Positions 1 to 11,510 of a stretch of DNA of 64,000 nucleotides are shown here, piece by piece (position 1 is the stretch's first letter; the number at the start of each line of letters is the position of its first letter). Origin of the DNA: Pristiophorus japonicus (Eukaryota); NCBI RefSeq assembly GCF_044704955.1, contig NC_091993.1, forward strand, positions 117,180,001 to 117,244,000. The letters run 5' to 3'. The notes under the pieces were generated by a model. The model searched no databases. It was not told the origin of the DNA and worked only from the letters and a program-made list of their open reading frames with translations. Made by a program: the position numbers and the translations under genes.

Positions 1-955
1 TAGTATTGGATTGAATGATTACTAAATGTGGTATGGAAAGTTTGTTTTGTGGTGGCTTTCATTTCAGCATTGTGGCCAAGAGGATGCTGTGATGTTCCGT
101 GACAGAGGGATGGTAAGGTGAGGAATTGTTGAGCAACGGGGGTCTGGGGATTCATTCAGAGGAACCGGAGTCTGATGATGCCTGTCCGGAACGTGGATAT
201 GCAGGCTGCCACCTCCCTTCCTCCTCCTCCCCCCCCTCCTCCTTCTCCTCCTCCTGAGTTGATCATAGAACCTGTGGTGGCAAAGGCTGCACCCTCATGA
301 TGGCCAAGTTGTGGGGGATGCAGTAGACCACCACAAATTGGAACACCCGCTTCAGGCAAGTACTGGAGGGCTCCTCCCGAACGGTCAAGGCAGCGGAATC
401 GTTGCTTCAGCACCCCGATGGTCTGCTCGATAATGTTCCTCGTGGCAGCATGCCTCTCCTTGCATGAGTGCTGGCCATGAGTGGCGGGGTTGTGGAGGGG
501 GTCAACAGCTAGGTGTCAGAGCTGGTCTCCAGTCGTCTTGGTTAACCCTTGCCACTGGACCAAGACCTAGCTTGGCCACCACACGTTAAAAAAATCCACG
601 CAAGGCATCTTCCACCCTTCAATATGTAGTTTGTTTCCTGGAATATCAGGTCCTTCATCGAAACACCTGTTTTTATTTCATATTTCCAGGATCTGCAGTA
701 TTTTTCTGTGGAAGCAAATCATCCTCGATATGAGGGATCACCTAAGAGAGAGATGTAGAGCGAAGAATCCTTGTCACCTAGCAGCCACCCTCATATTCGA
801 AGTGGTGGCTGGAAGATTGCTGGCACAATGGAATGGCGTGGGATGAAGGCATCATAACTGTTGCCAGGGTACCGGGCATTCACCATCATGGTGTGCTGGG
901 TGTGGTTACACACCGACTGCTCATTAAGTGAGTGGTAGCCTTTGCAGTTACGGAA
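1..955 (-). mobile_element. PIF/Harbinger transposase remnant (HARBI1-like), interrupted by a SINE
   Basis: FRNCKGYHSLN..VCNH..MMVNARYPGNSYDAFI and LKQRFRCLDRSGGALQY motifs of the DDE_Tnp_4 family; frameshifted. Confidence 0.85.
518..753 (+). mobile_element. SINE-like element with an RTE-type 3' end
   Basis: Ends GTGGAAGCAAATCATCCTCGAT..GAGGGA..CCTAAG(AG)n, like the RTE tails at 20530 and 36275. A related copy lies at 21310-21730. Confidence 0.65.
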
Positions 956-1315
956 CAATAACAACAACTTATATTTATATAGCGCCTTTAACGTAGTAAA
1001 ACATCCCAAAGCGCTTCGCAGGAGTGTTATATGACCAGAAATATGACACCGAGCCACATCAGGGGAAATTAGGGCAGCTGACCAAAGGCTTGGTCACAGA
1101 GGTAGGTTTTAAGGAGAGGAAAGAGAGGTAGAGAGGCGGAGAGGCTTTGGCAGGGAGTTCCAGAGCTTGGGGCCAAGGCAACAGAAGGCACGGCCACCAG
1201 TGGTTGAACGATTCTAATCAGGTATGCTCAAGAGGTCAGAATTAGAGGAGCACCGAAATCTCGGAGGGTTGTGGGGCTGGAGGAGATTACAGAAATAGGG
1301 AGAGACGAGGCCCTG
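956..1315 (-). mobile_element. L2 LINE 3' fragment
   Basis: AAAGGCGCTATATAAAT..(TTG)n tail; homologous to the L2 copies at 30381 and 33103. Confidence 0.8.
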
Positions 1316-2264
1316 AAGTGCGAGGCCTGCCAGAGGTGAGCTGTTTCGTACTGAAAGGGGAGCGAGGAATAGCATTGTTGGCCACGAATGTCCTTATGCT
1401 ACCCTGTAATCATGCGGCATCAATGGCTGTGGTATCAAAATAGATAACCTGCTGCGACAATGTCTTCCGCAAAGCAGTTAAACCGCATTTCCTTTTATTA
1501 GGAGTAATCATACTCTGGTTTATTGTAAAACAATTTAATTTTGCGATAGTAGGTGACATAACAGAAAAATACAATTGATTTATAGGACAAAATAACAACA
1601 ACGACAGTAATGGAGCACAAAGAAATCGTGTTTTCAGTTTTTGTTATGAAGCTAATTTCTGACAGTGCATTTCTGGCAAGGAGCCTCAGCCACCAGGTGT
1701 GTGCATCGGAAGCATGGATGTTCTGCAAGCCCACAATTTTCTGACCAATACTTTAAACGATTGGGAAATGCTGCTTGAATTCCCAGCAAGGCTTTCCCAA
1801 CTGCTGAGCAAAAGGGCGCAGTCATAAAATGTCCCCAGGTATATATTCCATGAAATTCCATAGGGATTCTCCCAAGCTCCCAACTTTGACGGGATATTAG
1901 AGAAACTTCCGGACAAACGGCGTAAGGTTACTGCAGGAGATCCGGAGAACCCCTGAAGAATTTCCAGTCCATTGTACACATTGAAGATGCAGCCTCATGG
2001 AGTGGAGGAAAGGCAATCCAGTTGTCAACACTGAGGTCTGATGAATCGATGCTTTGGCAAACTGCAATCCATTGTTAACCCCCAATTCTTTATTGTGGAG
2101 AAGCTAGTCATAGCTAGTCACTGTTGTGGCCTATGTTTAAACTTATAAGTGCAGAAATTGCGGCATATGTGAAAATTTACCCTTTAATAAATAAGTAATG
2201 GGGTGGAAAGGTGGGACTGCGGTGCAGTCGTTGCTGTTCTAATGCATCACTCACATTTCTACTT

Positions 2265-2655
2265 TATTCATTCATGGGATGTGAATGTCGAGAGCAAGGC
2301 CAGCATTTATTGCCCATTGCTAATTGCTTCTTGAGAAGGTGGTGGTGAGCCGGCTTCTTGATTACAACTGAGTGGCTTGCTGGGCCATTCCAGAGGGCAG
2401 TCAAGAGTCAATCACATTGCCGTAGGTCAGGAGTCATATATAGGCCAGACCGGGTAAGGACAGCAGATTGCCTTCTCTAAAGGACATTAGTGAACCAGAT
2501 GGGTTTTTACACCAATCTGGTAGTTTCATGGTCATCATCACTCATATTAGCTTTTTATTCCAGATTTTATTTAATTAACTGAGTTTAAATTCCCCAGCTG
2601 TAGTGGTGAGATTTGAACCCATGTCTCCAGATCATTAGTCCAGGCCTCTGTATTC
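2265..2655 (-). mobile_element. tRNA-head SINE with a CR1-clade LINE tail
   Basis: B-box GGTTCAAATC on the minus strand. Tail CACCACCACCTTCTCAAG..GGGCAATAAATGCTGGCC is shared with the LINE end at 29575-29640. Other copies at 22965 and 32605. Confidence 0.7.
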
Positions 2656-2799
2656 AGTGCTCCTCTGTCATTGAACTTGCCAGATGAGGTTAACTTTAAT
2701 GGACGCTAATTCACAGGCTGTGAGGGCACAATTTTGCAATGTTCGCTCCTGGTTTGCCCCAAGCGCAGCGCAGGCTGAATTTTTACCTTTTAGTTCTAC

Positions 2800-3095
2800 G
2801 ATCCGTAAATGTGGGTTTAAATAACCTTGTTAATAGTGTCAAACTGTACAGCAAGAGATCTATTTGCAGTATTTACCCTGCATTGGGTAGTCGCAGCCCT
2901 GAAAAATAATGAGTGACTTTGAAAGAGTACAGCACGAGTATTGCACAATATCTGTCGGTTAGTCCATGCCGTACGTATGGTGACTAAAGGCACAATGAGA
3001 ATAGTCTTGTTGTTGGGTTGATTGGATATTCTGCAGTGCACCGAAGGTGCTGATGAATCATGAGACAGTCATGTAAAGTTTCAGATCCTATTGCC
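2800..3095 (-). other. Probable terminal (3' UTR) exon of the receptor gene; 3' end not defined
   Basis: Very strong acceptor ttctttgttttttttgtctccag ending at 3096, downstream of the post-stop donor at 4665, in unique sequence. Confidence 0.5.
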
Positions 3096-3169
3096 CTGGA
3101 GACAAAAAAAACAAAGAATGATTCATATTTTGCAATATAGAATTAAAGCTTTATGTTCAGAGTCTTATA

Positions 3170-4185
3170 AGGGGTCGAAATGTGTTACCGTTGGTTTTGA
3201 GGCGGTATCACCGCCTGAGTTCTGATTTTACCGGCAGGTGTTAGGTGCAGGCTCAAACTGACAAATTCAGTTTTTACGCCCAAAGATGAGAGAGCAGCGC
3301 TAAAAAGTGGCGTTGCACACTCATTCTCAGGAGGCCTACGGAATTTCGCAACGGGAGGCTGGTTGAAGAAACGAAAAGAAAAAACAATTAAAATTAAGTG
3401 GGATTAGACTGGATAACCTCTTGTTGGCTGGTGCAGATACGATGGTAAGTACTGCAGCGAATCGATCGCCTGGATGGGTCGGAGAGGAGTTTTCCCAGAT
3501 TTTTTTTTCCCCAATTGGCCTGGGTTTTTTAATCTGTTTTTTCCCTCTCCCAGGAGATCGCATGGCTCCGGTTGGGGTGGAGCGTAGAATGTTGCAGTGC
3601 AAGGGGTGTCGCAGTTGTGTGGGGCGGACTGGTTGGGCTGGGTGCTCTTTACCTTTCCGCCATTGTTCATTGTTCATAGGTTAATACGTAACCTTCAGGG
3701 CTGCTGACCGGGGGCCGTGTGGCTTTTTGTCGGCCGGCGCGGACACGATGGGCCGAAATGGCCTCCTTCTGCGCTGTAGATTTCTATGTTTCTATGTTTC
3801 TCCGACCCACACACACACACACTTCCCCACTGTTACAACTAACGAAAAAAATGCAAAAATAAATAAAGAAAGAAACTTATCTTGCTCTCTGAGCGGTTCC
3901 GCCTGAGATCCGCTATGTACTCACCACTTTTGCCAGGCTGTAAGAACGCCTGCCAGGAAGGCCGCCGTGGAGACCAAATAGCGCGAGGGGGCCACAAGGG
4001 GGTGTTGTAGACTGGATGAGGTCACCACATGGGTGGCGTTAGAGGGCGCAGCATTACTTCTTGGCGCCTCTGCCAAAGACCCAACAGAATTTCTCCTGAG
4101 GCGTGAACGCTGCTTATCATCGACAGTCGGACTTTTCTGTCCGTTAGCCGCCTCCTGCCGGCAGTAACGGGTGGTGCTTATCAAT
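3170..4185. mobile_element. GC-rich Harbinger-type MITE remnant split by a CR1 tail insertion
   Basis: Starts GGGGTCGAAAT (TIR family of the other MITEs); CpG-rich body. Confidence 0.45.
3396..3801 (+). mobile_element. Composite CR1 3' end
   Basis: Ends GGACACGATGGGCCGAAATGGCCTCCTTCTG..(TTTCTATG)n and contains additional internal CR1-tail-like modules. Confidence 0.7.
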
Positions 4186-4679
4186 CATAGCTTTATACAT
4201 GGCCACTTAAAGGAAGATTGTATTGTGGAAACGTCTTGAGAAAGTGGATTATTTTTAATGTAGCACAAACTGAAACTTTGTGTTTCTGGGCCCATCAGGG
4301 TGAGGAAGCACAATGCTGGGGAACTTCTCCCAGCATCATGTTAATTAAGCTTACTGAGGCCATGCTCTCCTGACACTGGGTTGAGGTACATTGTTGGGGC
4401 AGGTTAGAGAAGACTTTACTTTTCAGTGCTCAATGCTGACAGCGAGAGGGCAATGTGGAAACATTTGAAAGCTGCTTGATTGGATCAACAAAAGATCTTT
4501 CCTAAATATGATTTCAATACAAGATTAAATGGGCGCATGTTTACTTCAGAAACATGTTGTGCTTATGGTTCTTTTATCCTTTTAGAAGTATTAATAATGA
4601 GCAAATTTCAAAGAATTCTTCCAACGTTTTCGTAGTTAAGCTTAAAGGATAAAAAAACAACTTACCAGTTTTTCTTCAC

Positions 4680-4779
4680 CTATATTTTCACTTTGACTAT
4701 AATGGCCCAAACCAGCAGAATGGCAAAGAATACCCAGCGTAAAATGCTCCATATAGAATAGTACTGGACATTATTTTCC
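4680..4779 (-). CDS. Receptor TM exon (ENNVQYYSIWSILRWVFFAILLVWAIIVKVKI*)
   Basis: Acceptor ttttgtcttctatctacccag, phase 2. Hydrophobic segment containing one Arg, then TAG at 4682-4680. The exon continues 14 nt to a donor CTG|gtaagt at 4666. Confidence 0.85.
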
Positions 4780-4885
4780 CTGGGTAGATAGAAGACAAAA
4801 ATGGTTTCATTTAAATCGTGTTCTAAATGCACAGAATTACCTTGAACGTGTGAATCATTTGGTTGCACTTGTGGTGGAAAGATAA

Positions 4886-5624
4886 GGGGGCCAAAATTGG
4901 CCCTCCCGATAGGGCGTCTGGCTGTCGGAAAGGGCCGGCCACGGGTGGTGCGGAATGGCTACCGACTCTCTGTGGAGGGGCCGCCATTTTAGAAATTGCC
5001 CTTCCTCAGGAGCGGAGCGGTGTCCGGGACCGCTCCGTCCGTTTTCCTGCCGCGGCGTGCACGCGCCGACCCCCCTCGCGAAATTGCCCCGTGGCAGTGG
5101 CCCCGCCACCGGCCCGGTGCCCCCGACAGCTATGGCTGTCAGTGCACTCTGTGTGAAATGGCGGCACGGTAAAAGGAGAGCGCGCGCACTGCCGTGGCCC
5201 CCATATTTTTTTTTTTGTCGGCCGATTGCCTGTCAATTATGCCCCCAGGTTCAACCGGGCCGCCAACAGGCAGCCCGGGCACCCCCTCTTGGGTGCCATG
5301 TCGCTGGCCTGGTCCAAACCCTCCCTGCTTGCCCAGAACTAAAATGAATGCCGAGTTCGCAGCGACCCTCCCCTTTAACTGAAGGGGCGAGACGTTGTGA
5401 CGCGCCAGCGCGATGATGTCATCAGCGCAGCGCTGATGACTGACAGCTGCGGCCTCTCCATTGGCCCCGCCCCCCACTTCCGCCCCCATGATGATCCACT
5501 TCCGTCCCACTGGGAAAAAAACCCGGCAGAATTTCGCCGGATGCCGCCACGTCCATTGCGACGGCCAGAACACTTCAATCACAGGAGGTGTGCCCCGTTT
5601 CCGGCGGAGGGCAATTTCTACCCC
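4886..5624. mobile_element. Non-autonomous Harbinger-type MITE
   Basis: TIRs GGGGCCAAAATTGGCCC / GGGCAATTTCTACCCC; internal homology to 38977-39754. Confidence 0.8.
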
Positions 5625-5744
5625 AGGGAGTTTTTCTGCTTCTGAGCTCCTGGTGTTTGCTGGGAAGTTACACTTCTCGGACCGTGATATTCTATCTAGT
5701 AAAATTAGTATCCGGTTGGAAGGTGCGCGATCTCCCAGTATTAC

Positions 5745-5759
5745 CATGTGCCAAGAGCG
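5745..5759 (-). CDS. Candidate 15-nt micro-exon of the receptor (adds C/S-ALGT)
   Basis: ctgatgatttgccacttcag|CGCTCTTGGCACATG|gtaata; frame-preserving, in unique sequence. Confidence 0.35.
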
Positions 5760-5957
5760 CTGAAGTGGCAAATCATCAGTTTATTATTCTCGATAGATAT
5801 GAAACTATAATGACAGTCTATTATCACGAATCAGCTTTTGATGCTTTCCTGGTGTTGTAAATATATTTGTTCATATTCAAAGCAAAAACAGAAAACATGG
5901 GAACAGGTCAGTCAGCAATTACGGAACGTGCAGCTGACTTCAGGTGTAGACTTTTTT

Positions 5958-6192
5958 TTACATAAGTTTACATACAGCACAGAAACAGGCCATTTGACCC
6001 AACCAGTCCATGCCGGCGTTTATGCTCCACTCGAGCCTCCTCCCGTCTTTTCTCATCTAACTCTCTCAGCATAACCCTCTATTCCCTTCTCCCCCATATG
6101 CTTGTCTAGCCTCCCCTATAATTCATCTATACTATTCACTTCAACCACTTCCTGTGGTAGCAAGTTCCACGTTCTCACCACTTTCTGGGTAA
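5958..6192 (-). mobile_element. Old CR1 3' fragment
   Basis: Minus strand reads as the RT C-terminus (TQKVVRTWNLLPQEVVE) followed by a CR1 hairpin tail. Confidence 0.7.
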
Positions 6193-6532
6193 AGACAACT
6201 GAAACGTTATCTTGTCTGTTTTTTCCACAGATGCTGACTGATGTGTTGAGTCTTTCCACCATTTCCTGCTCTAGTTTCAGAAGTCCAGCATCCGCGGGTT
6301 CTCGCTTTTTGCTGCTAAAGTTTATTTTTGTGTTTTGATTTAAACATTACAACAGTGATTACACTCCAAAAGTACTTCATTGGCTGTAAAGCGCTTTGAG
6401 AGGTCCGGTGGTCGTGAAAGGCGCTATATAAAAGCAAGTCTTTTTTTTTGTTACAACAGACACTGTGAATGAAAGATGTTGGTGGGCAGCTGTTTGCGAG
6501 TTTTAAGTGCAATACTTAAATAAAAAAGCTTT

Positions 6533-6692
6533 GGGGATCATTTTAACCTATCTCAGTGGGCAGGAAACCCACGGGATCTGGTAGGACAGCGCTTTTACAC
6601 CCCGCCCAATATTAAAATCGGGATGGGGGGTGGGTTGTAAATACCAGCATTTCACCCAATCCTGACAGGCAGGTTGGGTTAAAATTGCCCCC
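6533..6692. mobile_element. Short MITE
   Basis: Imperfect TIRs GGGGATCATTTTAACC / GGTTAAAATTGCCCCC. Confidence 0.55.
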
Positions 6693-7240
6693 ATAAAATC
6701 AGGTTGCAACCTGTTAAGGTGCCTTTTGTAGATTGTATTTCTTGCACACTTTGATAAACTGCAGGACTCTTGGGCAATGACCCCCATTAGCGGCACTGCC
6801 TCCTGCACAGCCTGCCTCCCTCAATGCGCGGATCATTCAAATTATTCTGCGTGTGCGGCAGCTACAATGTAAAAGCCGGTGAGTGGCCTGTGCGGGACCT
6901 TGCAGGTGAACTGCGCGGGCAGCACAGCTTAGCGGGAACAATGCTCTTATCAGACTTTTGAAGACCTCCGTCACGCGTGGTACTGAACGGACGGTGTGAA
7001 ATTCCAATACGTTAGGAGTTCAGCGCCTGGAATTCCTGCTGCTGATCTCTCACTGAAGCGGCCGGTTGTACCATGTCTCCGGGACCTTCGCCCATCTCCC
7101 GTCCAAGTTATGACGAGAGATCGGAAGGAGCCCCGTGCAAATCCGAGGATGCTGAGGGAAGTAAAGGTGGAGGCTTTGGCCAAACTCTTCCAATCCTCCT
7201 TCAATACAGGAGGTGGTGCCAGAGGACTGGAGAATTTCAA

Positions 7241-10200
7241 ATAGAAACATAGAAACATAGAAAATAGGTGCAGGAGTAGGCCATTCGGCCCTTCTAGCCT
7301 GCACCGCCATTCAATGAGTTCATGGCTGAACATGCAACTTCAGTACCCACTTCCTGCTTTCTCATCATACCCCTTGATCCCCCTAGTAGTAAGGACTACA
7401 TCTAACTCCCTTTTGAATATATTTAGTGAATTGGCCTCAACTACTTTCTGTGGTAGAGAATTCCACAGGTTCACCACTCTCTGGATGAAGAAGTTTCTCC
7501 TCATCTCGGTCCTAAATGGCTTACCACTTATCCTTAGACTGTGACCTCTGGTTCTGGACTTCCCCAACATTGGGAACATTCTTCCTGCATCGAACCTGTC
7601 TAAACCCGTCAGAATTTTAAACGTTTCTATGAGGTCCCCTCTCATTCTTCTGAACTCCAGTGAATACAAGCCCAGTTGATCCAGTCTTTCTTGATAGGTC
7701 AGTCCCACCATCCCGGGAATCAGTCTGGTGAATCTTCGCTGCACTCCCTCAATAGCAAGAATGTCCTTCCTCAAGTTAGGAGACCAAAACTGTACACAAT
7801 ACTCCAGGTGTGGCCTCACCAAGGTCCTGTACAACTGTAGCAACACCTCCCTGCCCCTGTACTCAAATCCCCTCGCTATGAAGGCCAACATGCCATTTGC
7901 TTTCTTAACCGCCTGCTGTACCTGCATGCCAACCTTCAATGACTGATGTACCATGACACCCAGGTCTTGTTGCACCTCCCCTTTTCCTAATCTGTCACCA
8001 TTCAGATAATAGTCTGTTTCTCTGTTTTTACCACCAAAGTGGATAACCTCACATTTATCCACATTATACTTCATCTGCCATGCATTTGCCCACTCACCTA
8101 ACCTATCCAAGTCACTCTGCAGTGACTTGGATAGCATCCTCCTCGCAGCTCACATTGCCACCCAACTTAGTGTCATCCGCAAATTTGGAGATACTACATT
8201 TAATCCCCTCGTCTAAATCATTAATGTACAATGTAAACAGCTGGGGCCCCAGCACAGAACCTTGCGGTACCCCACTAGTCACTGCCTGCCATTCTGAAAA
8301 GTACCCATTTACTCCTACTCTTTGCTTCCTGTCTGACAACCAGTTCTCAATCCACGTCAGCACACTACCCGCAATCCCATGTGCTTTAACTTTGCACATT
8401 AATCTCTTGTGTGGGACCTTGTCGAAAGCCTTCTGAAAGTCCAAATATACCACATCAACTGGTTCTCCCTTGTCCACTTTACTGGAAACATCCTCAAAAA
8501 ATTCCAGAAGATTTGTCGAGCATGATCTCCCTTTCACAAATCCGTGCTGACTTGGACCTATCATGTCACCATTTTCCAAATGCGCTGCTATGACATCCTT
8601 AATAATTGATTCCATCATTTTACCCACTATTGAGGTCAGCCTGACCGGTCTATAATTCCCTGTTTTCTCTCTCCCTCCTTTTTTAAAAAGTGGGGTTACA
8701 TTGGCTACCCTCCACTCGATAGGAACTGATCCAGAGTCAATGAAATGTTGGAAAATGACTGTCAATGCATCCGCTATTTCCAAGGCCACCTCCTTAAGTA
8801 CTCTGGGATGCAGTCCATCAGGCCCTGGGGATTTATCGGCCTTCAATCTCATCAATTTCCCCAACACAATTTCCCGACTAATAAAGATTTCCCTCAGTTC
8901 CTCCTCCTTACTAGACCCTCTGACCCCTTTTATATCCGGAAGGTTGTTTGTGTCCTCCTTAGTGAATACCGAACCAAAGTACTTGTTCAATTGGTCTGCC
9001 ATTTCTTTGTTCCCCGTTATGACTTCCCCTGATTCTGACTGCAGGGACCTACGTTTGTCTTTACTAACCTTTTTCTCTTTACATATCTATAGAAACTTTT
9101 GCAATCCGTCTTAATGTTCCCTGCAAGCTTCTTCTCGTACTCCATTTTCCCTGCCCTAATCAAACCCTTTGTCCTCCTCTGCTGAGTTCTAAATTTCTCC
9201 CAGTCCCCGGGTTCGCTGCTGTTTCTGGCCAATTTGTATGCCACTTCCTTGGCTTTAATACTATCCCTGATTTCCCTTGATAGCCACGGTTGAGCCACCT
9301 TCCCTTTTTTATTTTTACGCCAGACAGGAATGTACAATTGTTGTAGTTCATCCATGCGGTCTCTAAATGTCTGCCATTGCCCATCCACAGTCAACCCCTT
9401 AAGTATCATTCGCCAATCTATCCTAGCCAATTCACGCCTCATACCTTCAAAGTTACCCTTCTTTAAGTTCTGGACCATGGTCTCTGAATTAACTGTTTTA
9501 TTCTCCATCCTAATGCAGAATTCCACCATATTATGGTCACTCTTCCCCAAGGGGCCTCGCACAATGAGATTGTTAATTAATCCTCTCTCATTACACAACA
9601 CCCAGTCTAAGATGGCCTCCCCCTAGTTGGTTCCTCGACATATTGGTCTAGAAAACCATCCCTTATGCACTCCAGGAAATCCTCCTCCACCATATTGCTT
9701 CCAGTTTGGCTAGCTCAATCTATGTGCATATTAAAGTCACCCATTATAACTGCTGCACCTGTATTGCATGCACCCCTAATTTCCTGTTTGATGCCCTCCC
9801 CAACATCATTACTACTGTTTGGAGGTCTGTACACAACTCCCACTAACGTTTTTTGCCCTTTGGTGTTCTGCAGCTCTACCCATATAGATTCCACATCATC
9901 CAAGCTAATGTCTTTCCTAACTATTGCATTAATCTCCTCTTTAATCAGCAATGCTACCCCATCTCCTTTTCCTTTTATTCTATCCTTCCTGAATGTTGAA
10001 TGCAACTGGATGTTGAGTTTCCAGCCCTGATCATCCTGGAGCCACGTCTCCGTAATCCCAATCACATCATATTTGTTAACATCTATTTGCACAGTTAATT
10101 CATCCACCTTATTGCGGATAATCCTTGCATTAAGACACAAAGCCTTCAGGCTTGTTTTTTTAACACCCTTTGTCCTTTTAGAATTTTGCTGTACAGTGGC

Positions 10201-10388
10201 CCTTTTTGTTCTTTGCCTTGGGTTTCTCTGCCTTCCACTTTTCCTCATCTCCTTTCTGTCTTTTGCTTTTGCCTCCTTTTTGTTTCCCTCTGTCTCCCTG
10301 CATTGGTTCCCATCCCCCTGCCATATTAGTTTAACTCCTCCCCAACAGTACTAGCAAACACTCCCCCTCGGACATTGGTTCCGGTCCT
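7241..10388 (-). mobile_element. CR1 LINE subfamily a: entire ORF2 (APE endonuclease + RT, frameshifted), 5'-truncated at the end of ORF1
   Basis: ORFs 9715-10248 (GITETW..GDFN), 9017-9601, 8112-9002 ([12 protein letters not shown]) and 7340-8137; (TTTCTATG)n tail at 7241-7263. Confidence 0.95.
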
Positions 10389-11510
10389 TGTTCATAAAAG
10401 GGTGTAAGGATAAACCCAGCAACTACAGGCCAGTCAGTTTGACCTCGTTCGTGAGGAAGCTTTTCGAAATGATAATCCGGGACAAAATCAACAGACACTT
10501 GGACAAGTGTAGGGATTAATTAAGGAAAGCTAGCACGGATTTGTTAAAGGAAAATCGTGTTTAAATAGCTTGATTGAATTTTTTGATGAGGTAACAGAGA
10601 GGGTTGATGAGGGCAATGTGGTTGATGTGGTGTACATGAACTTTCAAAAGGCATTTGATAAAGTGCCACATAATAGGCTTGCCAGCAAAGTTGAAGCCCA
10701 TGGAATAAAAGGCACAGTGGCAGCATGGATACGGAATTGGCTAAGTGACAGGAAACAGAGAGTAGTGGGGAACAGTTGTTTGTCGGACTGGAGGAAGGTA
10801 TACAGTGATGTTCCCCAGGGGTCAATACTGGGACCACTGCTTTTCTTGATATATATTAAGCACTTGGACTTGGGTAATATTTCAAAATTTACAGTGACAC
10901 GAAATTAGAAGTAAAGTGAACAGTGAGGAGGATAGTGATAGATTTCAAGAGAACATGGACAGGCTGGTGGAATGGGCGGACACGTGGCAGATGAAATTTG
11001 ACGCAGAAAAGTGCAAAGTGATACATTTTGGTAGGAAGAATGAGGAGAGGCAATGTAAACTAAAGGGTACAATTCTAAAGTGGGTGCAGGAACAGAGTGA
11101 CTTGGGGGTATAGGTTTACAAATCATTGAAGGTGGCAGGGCAGGTTGAGAAAGCATTTAACAAAGCTTACAGGATCCTGGGCTTCATAAATAGAGGCACA
11201 GAGTACAAAAGCATGGAAGTTATGATGAACATTTTTAAAACACTGGTCTGACCTCAACTGGAGTATTGTGTCCAATTCTGGGCACCGCACTTTAGGAAGG
11301 ATGTAAAGACCTTGGAGATGGTGCAGAAAAGATTTACAAGAACGGTTCCAGGGATGACGGACTTCAGTTACGTGGATAGACTGGAGAAGCTGGGGTTGTT
11401 CTCCTTGGAGCAGAGATGAATGAAAGGAGATTTGATAGAGACGTTCAAAATCATGAGGGGTCTAGACAGAGTAGAGAGAGAGAAACTGTTCCCATTTGCA
11501 GAAGAATCTA

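Noticed and set aside
4855-5771. Cluster of GC-rich ORFs / CpG-island promoter
   Set aside because: Lies between MITE TIRs and is homologous to 38977-39754; the ORFs reflect stop-poor GC-rich sequence.
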